From an uncultured Planctomycetales bacterium (GTDB lineage Bacteria > Omnitrophota > Gorgyraeia > Zapsychrales > JANLHA01), in NCBI GenBank assembly GCA_964450385.1, contig CAYVEC010000007.1, forward strand, positions 5,977-69,976: a DNA stretch of 64,000 bases. Direction: 5' to 3'. This document shows, one piece after another, positions 55,031-63,948 of the stretch. The notes beneath the pieces were generated by a model. It searched no databases, was not told where the DNA came from, and worked only from the letters and a program-made list of their open reading frames with translations. Each line of letters opens with the position of its first letter. The first letter of the stretch is position 1. Made by a program: the position numbers and the translations under genes.

Positions 55031-56236
55031 ATGTTCAGTCGGATCGAAGAGATTGTGGAGGATTTGAAAAAGGGAAGGATCGTTGTCGTCATGGATGATG
55101 AGGGCAGGGAGAATGAAGGGGATCTCTTGGTCGCGGCCCAGTTCATTACACCGGAAGCGATCAATTTCATGGCGCGATATGCCCGCGGATTGATCTGCGT
55201 CCCGATGGAACCGGACCGTCTGCGTGAATTGGGTCTGCATCCGATGAAGGACAATATCCTGTCGCATCAGCAGCATAAGCGGAGCAATACCGGATGGGCG
55301 ATTTCGGTTGATGCGGCCCACGGCATCACGACAGGGATCTCTGCCCACGATAGGGCGCGGACCGTGGAGGTTCTTATCGACCCTGCGACTAAGCCGAGCG
55401 ATCTCGAGACTCCAGGACACTTGTTCCCTCTTGAGGCCCGCCGGGGCGGGGTCTTGGTTCGCGCGGGGCATACCGAGGCCTCGGTTGACCTGATGCGGCT
55501 GGCGGACTTGTATCCGGCTGGGGTCATCTGCGAGATCATGAATGAGGATGGGACCATGGCCCGGACCGACGACATCAAGAAATTCGCTAAGACGCACGGG
55601 TTAAAGATCTGTTCGATCGCGAGCCTGATCGAGTATCGCCGGAAATATGAGCAGATGGTCGAACGGGTCTCGGAGGCCGAGATCCCGACGGAATATGGAA
55701 CGTTCCGCATGGTCGGTTACCGATCCGGACTGGATGAGCAGACTCATTTGGCCTTGATCATGGGTCAGGTGAAAGGAGCGGTCCCGGAACTCGTCCGGGT
55801 TCAGTCAGAGTGCCTGACCGGCGATGTCTTCGGTTCCTTGCGGTGTGATTGCCGCGATCAGCTTGAGGCCTCGATGAAGGCGATTGCGGAAAACGGGCAG
55901 GGGGTTATTCTTTATATGCGGCAGGAGGGCCGGGGGATCGGCCTTTTGAACAAGTTAAAGGCCTATACCCTTCAGGATCAGGGCATGGACACGGTTGAGG
56001 CGAATGAGGCCTTGGGGTTTGCCGACGACCTGAGGGATTACGGGATCGGGGCGCAGATCCTGGCGGACCTGGGGGTCCAAAAGATCCGGCTGTTGACCAA
56101 CAACCCTCGGAAGATCGTCGGGCTTGAAGGGTACGGGTTGAGCGTGGTTGAACGTGTTCCGCTCACGATCGCGCCGACGAAACATAATGAACGGTACCTG
56201 AAGACGAAAAAAGAAAAATTGGGTCATTTGATCTAG
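55031..56236 (+). CDS. ribBA: Bifunctional 3,4-dihydroxy-2-butanone-4-phosphate synthase / GTP cyclohydrolase II
   Basis: DHBP synthase N-terminal half (...RENEGDL...), GCH II half with C-x2-C-x-C...C zinc site ([18 protein letters not shown]). Confidence 0.95.
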   Translation: MFSRIEEIVEDLKKGRIVVVMDDEGRENEGDLLVAAQFITPEAINFMARYARGLICVPMEPDRLRELGLHPMKDNILSHQQHKRSNTGWAISVDAAHGITTGISAHDRARTVEVLIDPATKPSDLETPGHLFPLEARRGGVLVRAGHTEASVDLMRLADLYPAGVICEIMNEDGTMARTDDIKKFAKTHGLKICSIASLIEYRRKYEQMVERVSEAEIPTEYGTFRMVGYRSGLDEQTHLALIMGQVKGAVPELVRVQSECLTGDVFGSLRCDCRDQLEASMKAIAENGQGVILYMRQEGRGIGLLNKLKAYTLQDQGMDTVEANEALGFADDLRDYGIGAQILADLGVQKIRLLTNNPRKIVGLEGYGLSVVERVPLTIAPTKHNERYLKTKKEKLGHLI

Positions 56237-56254
56237 TGGTCAGATAGGGGATGT

Positions 56255-56701
56255 ATGCCAAAACGGGTTCAGAAAAAGATCTACGCGGTCGTGGTGTCTC
56301 GTTTTAATGAGTTGATTACCCAGCATCTTCTTGATGGGTGTCTGAAGCAGCTCGAGGCCTTGGGGGTCGCGAAGGAGTGTATCGAGGTCATGTGGGTGCC
56401 TGGCGCGATCGAGATCCCGTTGGCGGCCCAGAAATGCCTCAAGCGGCGTTCGGTCTGCGCGGTCATTGCCCTTGGGTGCGTCATTCGGGGCGAGACGTAT
56501 CATTTTGAATTGGTGGCCCAGGGCGTGGCCCAGGGCGTGATGCGGGTCATGCTTGATACCGGAAAGCCGATCGCGTTTGGGGTTCTCACCGTTGACACGG
56601 TGAATCAGGCGTATGCCCGGGTGAGGACCAAGGGCGATCATAAAGGGCGCGAGGCGGCCGAGGTCGCCGTGGAGATGGTGCGGCATATCCAGGGAGTTTA
56701 A
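56255..56701 (+). CDS. ribH: 6,7-dimethyl-8-ribityllumazine synthase
   Basis: ...WVPGAIEIPLAAQK...ALGCVIRGETYHFELVAQGVAQG... Confidence 0.9.
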   Translation: MPKRVQKKIYAVVVSRFNELITQHLLDGCLKQLEALGVAKECIEVMWVPGAIEIPLAAQKCLKRRSVCAVIALGCVIRGETYHFELVAQGVAQGVMRVMLDTGKPIAFGVLTVDTVNQAYARVRTKGDHKGREAAEVAVEMVRHIQGV

Positions 56702-56719
56702 ACGTTAGGGGGAACGGCC

Positions 56720-57148
56720 ATGCGCAAAAGGACTCAGGCTCGGGAATATGCGTTATACATGCTTTATCAGAAGGATATTACCCGGATGGACCTCCCATGG
56801 GTGATTAGCAATGTCTGGGAACGCGAGGGCGAGAGCGATACCGAAGTCCGGGAGTTCGCCGAGCGCCTCGTGGCCGGGATCCAGACGAATATTGAGGCGA
56901 TCGATGCCAAGATCTCTGCCTACGCTACGAATTGGCAATTGAAACGTATGGCGATCATCGACCGGAATATTCTGCGGCTCGGCTTGTATGAGCTCGTGTA
57001 CGCCGACGATATTCCTCCGAAGGTCAGTATTAACGAGGCGGTCGAATTGGCAAAAAAATTCGGGGATCTCGAGTCGAGCAAATTCGTGAATGGGATCTTG
57101 GACAAGATCCACAAGACCGAGGTCTCTTCACAAGAGAAGGCGCCTTGA
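56720..57148 (+). CDS. nusB: Transcription antitermination factor NusB
   Basis: Co-linear with E. coli NusB (AREYALYMLYQ...LRLGLYEL...INEAVELAKKFGDLESSKFVNGILDK). Confidence 0.9.
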   Translation: MRKRTQAREYALYMLYQKDITRMDLPWVISNVWEREGESDTEVREFAERLVAGIQTNIEAIDAKISAYATNWQLKRMAIIDRNILRLGLYELVYADDIPPKVSINEAVELAKKFGDLESSKFVNGILDKIHKTEVSSQEKAP

Positions 57149-57975
57149 CGAAACGAGCTGACCTACATATCCACACCTCTTTCTCCGATGGGATCGATGC
57201 TCCAGAACGGGTTGTCGAGATCGCGGTGAAGCGGGGCTTGGCTGCGATCGCGATCACGGATCACGACCAGGTCAACGGGATCGCCCCGGCGCACGCCGCG
57301 GCCGAGGGCAGGGGCCTTGAGGTCATTCCGGGGATCGAATTGTCCACCGAGCATTCCGGCAAAGATATTCATATGTTAGGTTATTTTGTCGATGTCCAGA
57401 ACGCCCGTCTCCAGGAGGCCCTGGCCACGTTCCAATCGGTCCGGGTCTCCCGGGCCCGTCAGATCGTGGCCCGGCTTCGTCAGCACGGATGCGATCGCGT
57501 GACCTTTGAGGATGTTGAACCCTTGGCCGAGACAGCCTCGATCGGTCGGCCCCACATCGCCGCGGTCTTGATCGAGAAGGGGTACGCCCGTGATAATACC
57601 GATGCCTTTGAACGATTCATCGGCGAGGGGTGTCCGTGTTATGTCCCGAAACATAAGCAGTCTCCGTTTGAGGCGATCGACCTGATTCGCTCCTGCGGCG
57701 GTGCCGCGGTCATGGCCCATCCGATGCGTACCCAGCGAGATGAATTGATCGCGGCGTTTGCTAAGGCCGGCATGGTCGGGATCGAGGCTTGGTATAGCGG
57801 GAGTACGCCCAATGAGACTCAGTTTTATGAACGCCTGGCGCAGAAATACGGCCTTATTGTCACCGGAGGGTCTGACGCCCACGGGTATGCGTATAGTTTG
57901 ATCGGCCAGGTGACTGTGGATTATTCTGTGGTTGAGGCGCTTCGGGCGCGTGCGGGAGTCGGGCATGGCGGATAA
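57145..57975 (+). CDS. PHP-domain metal-dependent phosphoesterase (TrpH/YciV-like)
   Basis: ADLHIHTSFSDG...AITDHD PHP motifs. Confidence 0.75.
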   Translation: MTKRADLHIHTSFSDGIDAPERVVEIAVKRGLAAIAITDHDQVNGIAPAHAAAEGRGLEVIPGIELSTEHSGKDIHMLGYFVDVQNARLQEALATFQSVRVSRARQIVARLRQHGCDRVTFEDVEPLAETASIGRPHIAAVLIEKGYARDNTDAFERFIGEGCPCYVPKHKQSPFEAIDLIRSCGGAAVMAHPMRTQRDELIAAFAKAGMVGIEAWYSGSTPNETQFYERLAQKYGLIVTGGSDAHGYAYSLIGQVTVDYSVVEALRARAGVGHGG

Positions 57976-59068
57976 AACAGACTGCCTCTATATGGAATGC
58001 GCCTTGGGGCTTGCCCGTCGGGCAGAAGGCCGGACGTTGCCGAATCCGATGGTCGGTTGTGTAATCGTCAAGAACGATCGGATCATCGGCCAGGGGTGGC
58101 ACCGCCGGTGCGGTGCGGCCCATGCCGAGGTCGTGGCCTTAGCTGAGGCCGGGGCCCGGGCCCAAGGGGCCACGATGTATGTGACCCTGGAGCCGTGCGC
58201 CCATCATGGCCGGACCCCGCCGTGTGTTGATCAGGTGATCGAGAGTCGAGTCGCCCGCGTGGTGATCGCAAGTCCTGATCCGAATCCGCGGGTGAGCGGC
58301 CGCTCGATCCGACGGATGCGGGCTGCCGGGATCGCAGTTGAGACCGGGGTGATGCGGGCCGAGAGCGAGACGATGAATCGGTTCTTTTACAAATATATTA
58401 CAACAGGGATGCCTTTTGTTACCGTCAAGATCGCGCAGACACTCGACGGAAAGATCGCGACGGCCTCAGGCCAGTCCCGATGGATCACGTCGGCTCGGAC
58501 GCGCGCCGCGGCCCATCGGAGACGGGATGCTTTTGACGCGATCATGGTGGGGGTCAATACGGTGCTCGCGGATGATCCGGTCTTGAATCCGGTAAAAAAG
58601 CGTCAGCCATGGCTCAAGGTGATTCTGGATAGCCGTCTTCGGATCCCGATCGGGTCGGCTATTTTGAAGGGCGGACAATGTCTGATCGCGACTACAGGTC
58701 AGGCCTCCACGCGGAAGATCAATGCCTTGATGAGGCGTGGGGCCGATGTTCTTGTTTGTCCGAGTGTCCGAGGCCGCGTTGATTTATTGTGGCTGATCAC
58801 AGTGTTGGGTGAACGCGAGGTCTCGAATCTCCTGATCGAGGGGGGGGCTCGTGTGGTCTCGGCGGCTTTGATCGCTCGGATCGCGGATCGGGCTATGATC
58901 TTTGTGGCGCCGAAGATTATCGGGGACGAGCGAGCACTCAGTGCGGTATGTGGCCTTCGGCCGAAGACGCTTAGTGACGCGCTCGAGATTCATCCTGATC
59001 GGATGGACGTGATCGGGTCGGATATTGTGATCGAGGGGGATGTGCGGTATTTATCAGGCGGTGAATGA
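57965..59068 (+). CDS. ribD: Bifunctional riboflavin deaminase/reductase
   Basis: CMP/dCMP deaminase zinc site HAEVVAL...TLEPCAHHGRTPPC, then RibD C-terminal reductase domain. Confidence 0.9.
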   Translation: MADKTDCLYMECALGLARRAEGRTLPNPMVGCVIVKNDRIIGQGWHRRCGAAHAEVVALAEAGARAQGATMYVTLEPCAHHGRTPPCVDQVIESRVARVVIASPDPNPRVSGRSIRRMRAAGIAVETGVMRAESETMNRFFYKYITTGMPFVTVKIAQTLDGKIATASGQSRWITSARTRAAAHRRRDAFDAIMVGVNTVLADDPVLNPVKKRQPWLKVILDSRLRIPIGSAILKGGQCLIATTGQASTRKINALMRRGADVLVCPSVRGRVDLLWLITVLGEREVSNLLIEGGARVVSAALIARIADRAMIFVAPKIIGDERALSAVCGLRPKTLSDALEIHPDRMDVIGSDIVIEGDVRYLSGGE

Positions 59069-59081
59069 AAGGGGAGGGGCG

Positions 59082-59672
59082 ATGTTTTCAGGGATCGTTG
59101 AGGAGAAAGGGATCGTGAGGGAGGTCTCACGGCGAGAGAATCTTATTACCATGACGGTCGAAGGCGGGCGTGTCGTTCGGGGGACCCGGATCGGCGACAG
59201 CATTGCGGTGAATGGCGTTTGTCTGACCGTGACCCGGATCAAGGGGCGGTGCCTGACCTTTGATCTCATGAAAGAGACGCTTAAGGCCACGACCCTCGGG
59301 TATGCCCATGACGGTGTCTCGGTCAATCTTGAACGGGCCCTCCGGGTGAACACCCGGTTGGGCGGGCACTTTGTTTCGGGCCATGTCGATGGGATGGGCA
59401 TTCTTAAGAAGAAGGTCACCCTCCCCAATTATGTGGAATGGCAGATCGAACTTGATCGTGAGCTTATGATGTACATCGCTCCGAAGTGTTCGGTCGCGGT
59501 GGACGGCGTGAGCCTGACGATCGGCTGGGTCAAGAAGGCGGGACGGCTGTTTTCGATCTATTTGATCCCGCACACCCTTGAGGTCACGACCTTCGGGGAA
59601 AAACGCGTGGGTCAAAAACTGAATATTGAAACTGATATGCTGGCGAAGTATATTTTGCATGCCCGCGAATAG
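59082..59672 (+). CDS. ribE: Riboflavin synthase alpha chain
   Basis: MFSGIVEEKG... start and internal duplication (two lumazine-binding repeats). Confidence 0.85.
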   Translation: MFSGIVEEKGIVREVSRRENLITMTVEGGRVVRGTRIGDSIAVNGVCLTVTRIKGRCLTFDLMKETLKATTLGYAHDGVSVNLERALRVNTRLGGHFVSGHVDGMGILKKKVTLPNYVEWQIELDRELMMYIAPKCSVAVDGVSLTIGWVKKAGRLFSIYLIPHTLEVTTFGEKRVGQKLNIETDMLAKYILHARE

Positions 59673-59747
59673 CCGTCGGGATGCGCTCGTTTAACCAGGG
59701 CCATCGGTTTTGTTTGTATCGAATGACCCATATGTTATAATGTCGCT

Positions 59748-60995
59748 ATGTCGAAACGGATGGTTATTACAGGTCTAGGCGTTCTGGCGCCGAACGCCAA
59801 GGGGAAAGAGGCCTATTGGCAGGCCCTTCGAGAGGGCCGTGCTGGGTATCGGCCGATTTCCCTCTTTGATGTCTCTCCGTTCAACACGCAGATCGGTGCG
59901 GAGGTCCCAGACTTTGATGCGACCGAGTATCTGGGAAAAAAAGGCCTCCGGAACATGGATCGGGCCACACGCCTGGTCCTTTCGGCGGCAAAGATGCTCA
60001 TGGAGGATTCCGGTTATGGTGACAAGATCAGCGACGAGGCAACGCACGACTTTGGGGTCTCGGTCGGAACCACGCTTGGGAGCATCGATAGCATCGTGGG
60101 TTTTGGTGAGGTGATTGTGCGGGAAGGCCCGCGCTATGTTAATCCCGCCCTTTTTCCGAACACCGTTCTGAATTCACCGGCAAGTCATATTTCGATCTGG
60201 TTCAATATCCAGGGATTTAATTCGACCTTATCCAACGGATTTACAACGAGCCTCGATGCCGTTCAATACGGCTGTGATGCGATCGCAAACGATCAGGTTC
60301 AGGCTGTCCTGACCGGCGGGGTCGAGGAGATGTCCTGGCACACCTTTTTCGGGTGTCACACCCTCCAATACCTGTCTGGGTCCGTTAAGGGCGAGCCGTT
60401 TGTGAACTGCCCGTTTGACCGACGGCGGAATGGGATCGTCTTGGGAGAGGGGGCCTGTCTCTTCGGTGTCGAGTCGCTCGCGTTTGCCCAAGGCCGTCAG
60501 GCCCGGATCATGGCGGAGATCGTGGCCTACGGGTATGAGTTTGATCATTTTCGCGCCTTTAAATTCAATCCGCGCGGGTCAGGGATGCGCCACGCGATGG
60601 CCCAGGCCCTGGATCAGGCCGGGATGTCTCCAGGGGATATTGACTGTATTTTCGCGAACGCGAATTCTACCGTGGCGGCGGACCGGATCGAGGCCGCGGC
60701 CATCCGTAAAATCTTTGGTCAGGCTGCCTCGCGGGTTCCTGTGACCGCGGTAAAATCGATGATCGGTGAGACGTATAGCGTTTCCGGGGCCTTGTCGGCC
60801 GCGGCGGCGCTCGGCGCGATGGAGAAGAGCTTTATTCCGCCGACAATTCATTATCAGGAGCCGGACCCGGAGTGCGATCTGGAGATCGTGGGGAATCAGG
60901 CGGTCCAGGCGGATCTGAAGAATGTCATGATTTTGAATTTTTCTCCGTCGGCAGGAAACGTCTGTTGGATCCTTAGGAAATGGAACGGGTCATGA
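59748..60995 (+). CDS. Beta-ketoacyl-ACP synthase (FabF/KAS-II)-like protein lacking the Cys-His-His catalytic triad (pseudo-KS / chain-length-factor-like)
   Basis: Co-linear with FabF (MSKRMVITGLGVLAP...), but ATACTSG becomes SNGFTTS, NAHGTST becomes NANSTVA, KSMTGH becomes KSMIGE (C to F, H to N, H to E). Confidence 0.75.
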   Translation: MSKRMVITGLGVLAPNAKGKEAYWQALREGRAGYRPISLFDVSPFNTQIGAEVPDFDATEYLGKKGLRNMDRATRLVLSAAKMLMEDSGYGDKISDEATHDFGVSVGTTLGSIDSIVGFGEVIVREGPRYVNPALFPNTVLNSPASHISIWFNIQGFNSTLSNGFTTSLDAVQYGCDAIANDQVQAVLTGGVEEMSWHTFFGCHTLQYLSGSVKGEPFVNCPFDRRRNGIVLGEGACLFGVESLAFAQGRQARIMAEIVAYGYEFDHFRAFKFNPRGSGMRHAMAQALDQAGMSPGDIDCIFANANSTVAADRIEAAAIRKIFGQAASRVPVTAVKSMIGETYSVSGALSAAAALGAMEKSFIPPTIHYQEPDPECDLEIVGNQAVQADLKNVMILNFSPSAGNVCWILRKWNGS

Positions 60996-61741
60996 ATGAT
61001 CTAAAAGGCAAGGCCGCGATCGTGACAGGCGGGTCCCGGGGGATCGGCCGGGCGCTCGTCTTAATGCTCGCGCGCGAGGGATGCGATGTCGCGTTTAATT
61101 ACGCGCAGAACGCCTCGGCGGCGACGGCGCTCGTGGAGGAGGCGGCGGCCTATGGGGTGCGTTGTCGTGCCCGTCAGGTCGATGTCCGGGATTTCGAGGC
61201 GGTGAAGAGTTGGGTCGCGGAGGCGAAGGAGGCCTTTGGGCGCCTGGATATTTTGATCAATAACGCGGGGATCATTAAGGACAAGCCGTTCTTGATGATG
61301 ACGCCCGATGAATGGCATGCGGTCATTGATACGAATCTGAACGGCATGTTCAATGCGGCCCGGACTTGTGTTTTTACCTTTTTGAAACAGCGCAGCGGGG
61401 TCATTGTTAATATCTCATCGATCAGCGGGATCATCGGATTGCCGGGGCAGACGAATTATTCGGCCTCGAAAGGCGGGATGAACGCCTTCACGAAGGCTTT
61501 GGCTAAGGAAGCCGCGCCGTATAACGTCCGCGTCAATGCCGTGGCCCCGGGGTTCATCGAGACCGATATGCTTGTCGGGATGCCCGAGGATATCCGCGCG
61601 AAACTCGTGGCGCAGGTCCCGCTCGGCCGTGTCGGAAGCGTCGAGGATGTCTGCGGCTGTGTCCGGTTTTTGATCAGTGACGATGCAGCGTACATGACAG
61701 GGCACATTATTCAGGTCGATGGCGGGTTGGCGATCCGTTAA
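60992..61741 (+). CDS. fabG: 3-oxoacyl-ACP reductase (SDR)
   Basis: TGGSRGIGRA, NNAG, S...YSASK catalytic tetrad elements. Confidence 0.8.
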   Translation: MNDLKGKAAIVTGGSRGIGRALVLMLAREGCDVAFNYAQNASAATALVEEAAAYGVRCRARQVDVRDFEAVKSWVAEAKEAFGRLDILINNAGIIKDKPFLMMTPDEWHAVIDTNLNGMFNAARTCVFTFLKQRSGVIVNISSISGIIGLPGQTNYSASKGGMNAFTKALAKEAAPYNVRVNAVAPGFIETDMLVGMPEDIRAKLVAQVPLGRVGSVEDVCGCVRFLISDDAAYMTGHIIQVDGGLAIR

Positions 61742-61756
61742 CGGGGAGGGGCGGGG

Positions 61757-62191
61757 ATGGAGCTCGGCGTTCAAGAGATCAAAAAGATCATTCCCCATCG
61801 GTATCCGTTTCTTCTTATCGATCGGGTGATTGAGGTCAAACCGAAAGAATACCTCGTGGCTGTTAAGAATGTCTCGGTGAATGAGATGTTTTTTAACGGG
61901 CATTTTCCGGAAGAAAAGGTCATGCCCGGGGTCCTTATTGTTGAGGCCATGGCCCAGGCGGCGTGCGTTTATGGGTATTTCTCTCAGGGATGGGAGGGGA
62001 GAAATTTGATCTATTATCTGGGCAAGGTCACGGCACGGTTCATTCGGCCGGTGCGCCCCGGGGATCGCCTGGAGATACGGATCTCGACGGTCAAGCTCCT
62101 TGCGATGACGGGGATCGTTAAAGCCGAGGCCTCGGTCGATGGGCAGGCGGTTGCCGCGGCGGAGATCGCCTTTGGGGTGAAAGAGGCATGA
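61757..62191 (+). CDS. fabZ: 3-hydroxyacyl-ACP dehydratase FabZ (hot-dog fold)
   Basis: ...PHRYPFLLIDRV...FFNGHFP...MPGVLIVEAMAQA... with catalytic His. Confidence 0.85.
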   Translation: MELGVQEIKKIIPHRYPFLLIDRVIEVKPKEYLVAVKNVSVNEMFFNGHFPEEKVMPGVLIVEAMAQAACVYGYFSQGWEGRNLIYYLGKVTARFIRPVRPGDRLEIRISTVKLLAMTGIVKAEASVDGQAVAAAEIAFGVKEA

Positions 62192-62264
62192 GCGTCTATC
62201 CGAACGAGAGAGACTGGGAGCAGCCGCAGGGCTGCTTTTTTATTGTCATGAAGGCGGGGTCGAA

Positions 62265-63566
62265 ATGATGACGCGGGCAGCAGGGCATGGAGAGGTCTAT
62301 GACGTCGTGGTTGTCGGAGGAGGTCCGGCCGGCATGATGGCGGCCCTGCGCGCTGCTGAGCAAGGGGCGCGGGTTCTTTTATGCGAGCGGAATGATCAGC
62401 TCGGGCGGAAGCTGCTTCTTACGGGGAAGGGCCGCTGTAATGTGACGAACGCCTGCGGGTTGGATGATTTTTTAAAGCGGTTCTTCGGCCGCGGAGATTT
62501 TCTTCGCGATGCCTTTAAGGCCTTTTTCCATCAAGACCTCATTGATTTTTTAAAGACCCGGGGGCTTGATGTCCGGGTTGAACGCCAGCAACGCGTTTTT
62601 CCCGTGACCGACCGGGCGAGCAGTGTGCGAAATGTCTTGGAACGGGCCCTCGATGATCATCGGGTGACGATCGCCTACGGGACCCGGGTCACGGCGTTGT
62701 GTTGTGAGGGCGATCGGGTGACCGGGATCGTGACCGCAGAGGCCAGGACGATTATGGCGAAAACGGTGATCATCGCGACGGGCGGGTGCAGTTACAAGGC
62801 CACCGGATCAACCGGGGACGGCCTTCGTATGGCAGAACGGACCGGGCATCGGATCGTCCCTGTTCGGCCGTCGCTCGTCGGGATGAAGACCCGCGAGCGG
62901 TATGTCAAAGACCTGGAAGGGATCACATTAAAAAATATCCGACTCACTTTTGTCGGCGGTAAAAAAAGGATCCTGTCGGAGATCGGCGAGGTCCTGTTCA
63001 CCGGGGTCGGGATCTCAGGGCCCCTTGTCATCAGCGCGAGCGGGGATCTCGTGGATTGGCTTCGAGATGGGATAGAGGTCAGGGCTCTCATTGACATGAA
63101 ACCCGCGGTGACCGAGGAACAGCTCGAGCGGCGGTTTGTCCATGAGTGTTCGCGGGCGCCCCGTAAGGCCCTCAAGAATCTTTTTAAAGAGTTTGTACCG
63201 CAGCGGATGGTGGCAGTGCTTTTATCCCTGGCTGGGATCGATGGCGACCTCGCGGTGAGTCAGGCCCCCGCGCCTCAGCGCCGGAAGCTGGCGGCGTTGT
63301 TGAAAGAGATGGAGCTTCATATCGCCTCAAGTGAGGCATTTGATACGGCCATGGTGACCCGGGGAGGTGTTTCGCTCCGTGATATTGATCCGCGCTCGAT
63401 GGCATCGCGCCGGTGCGCAGGATTATATTTTGCCGGGGAAGTGATTGATATTGACGGGGATACGGGTGGATTTAATCTTCAGGCCGCGTTCTCGACCGGT
63501 CACCTCGCGGGTGGGGCCGCGGCCATGGGGTCTCGGGAGGCTAAAGAGGAGGGCTGTCATGAGTGA
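62265..63566 (+). CDS. HI0933/BaiN-family NAD(P)/FAD-dependent oxidoreductase
   Basis: YDVVVVGGGPAGMMAA dinucleotide fold, ...GKGRCNVTN..., C-terminal ...GGFNLQAAFSTGHLAG. Confidence 0.8.
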   Translation: MMTRAAGHGEVYDVVVVGGGPAGMMAALRAAEQGARVLLCERNDQLGRKLLLTGKGRCNVTNACGLDDFLKRFFGRGDFLRDAFKAFFHQDLIDFLKTRGLDVRVERQQRVFPVTDRASSVRNVLERALDDHRVTIAYGTRVTALCCEGDRVTGIVTAEARTIMAKTVIIATGGCSYKATGSTGDGLRMAERTGHRIVPVRPSLVGMKTRERYVKDLEGITLKNIRLTFVGGKKRILSEIGEVLFTGVGISGPLVISASGDLVDWLRDGIEVRALIDMKPAVTEEQLERRFVHECSRAPRKALKNLFKEFVPQRMVAVLLSLAGIDGDLAVSQAPAPQRRKLAALLKEMELHIASSEAFDTAMVTRGGVSLRDIDPRSMASRRCAGLYFAGEVIDIDGDTGGFNLQAAFSTGHLAGGAAAMGSREAKEEGCHE

Positions 63567-63948
63567 AAAAAGAAGGTGCCATCGTTTTCGGATGCAGCTA
63601 CCGGCATCGTTCGAGATCGGACCCGGCGAGAAAACCCTGATCATCGCCTCGACCCTTGATGTGAGCGCGACCGGGCTGAGCATGCTCGTTCGTAATGTCG
63701 ATCTTCGGGTCGATCAGGAGATTGATCTTTTGATCCGGCTCAATCGGGGGGAGAGGGTCCGTTTGAAGACGGCGGTGCGGTGGATCGAGGGCGCTGCTGC
63801 CTTTGGCGGGAGGGAATATCGTGTCGGGCTGGAGGTAATCACGGATGGGCAAAGCCAGGAGTTTAAACGTTTTGTCGTGATGGTGGCCCGGCACATGGTG
63901 GAATTTTTTAAGGGTTCAGCTGGGACTGAGTCTGCCCCGGGTCCGTGA
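63559..63948 (+). CDS. PilZ-domain protein (putative c-di-GMP receptor)
   Basis: RRCHRFR (RxxxR) and DVSATGLSM (DxSxxG) motifs; 4-bp overlap with upstream gene. Confidence 0.6.
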   Translation: MSEKRRCHRFRMQLPASFEIGPGEKTLIIASTLDVSATGLSMLVRNVDLRVDQEIDLLIRLNRGERVRLKTAVRWIEGAAAFGGREYRVGLEVITDGQSQEFKRFVVMVARHMVEFFKGSAGTESAPGP

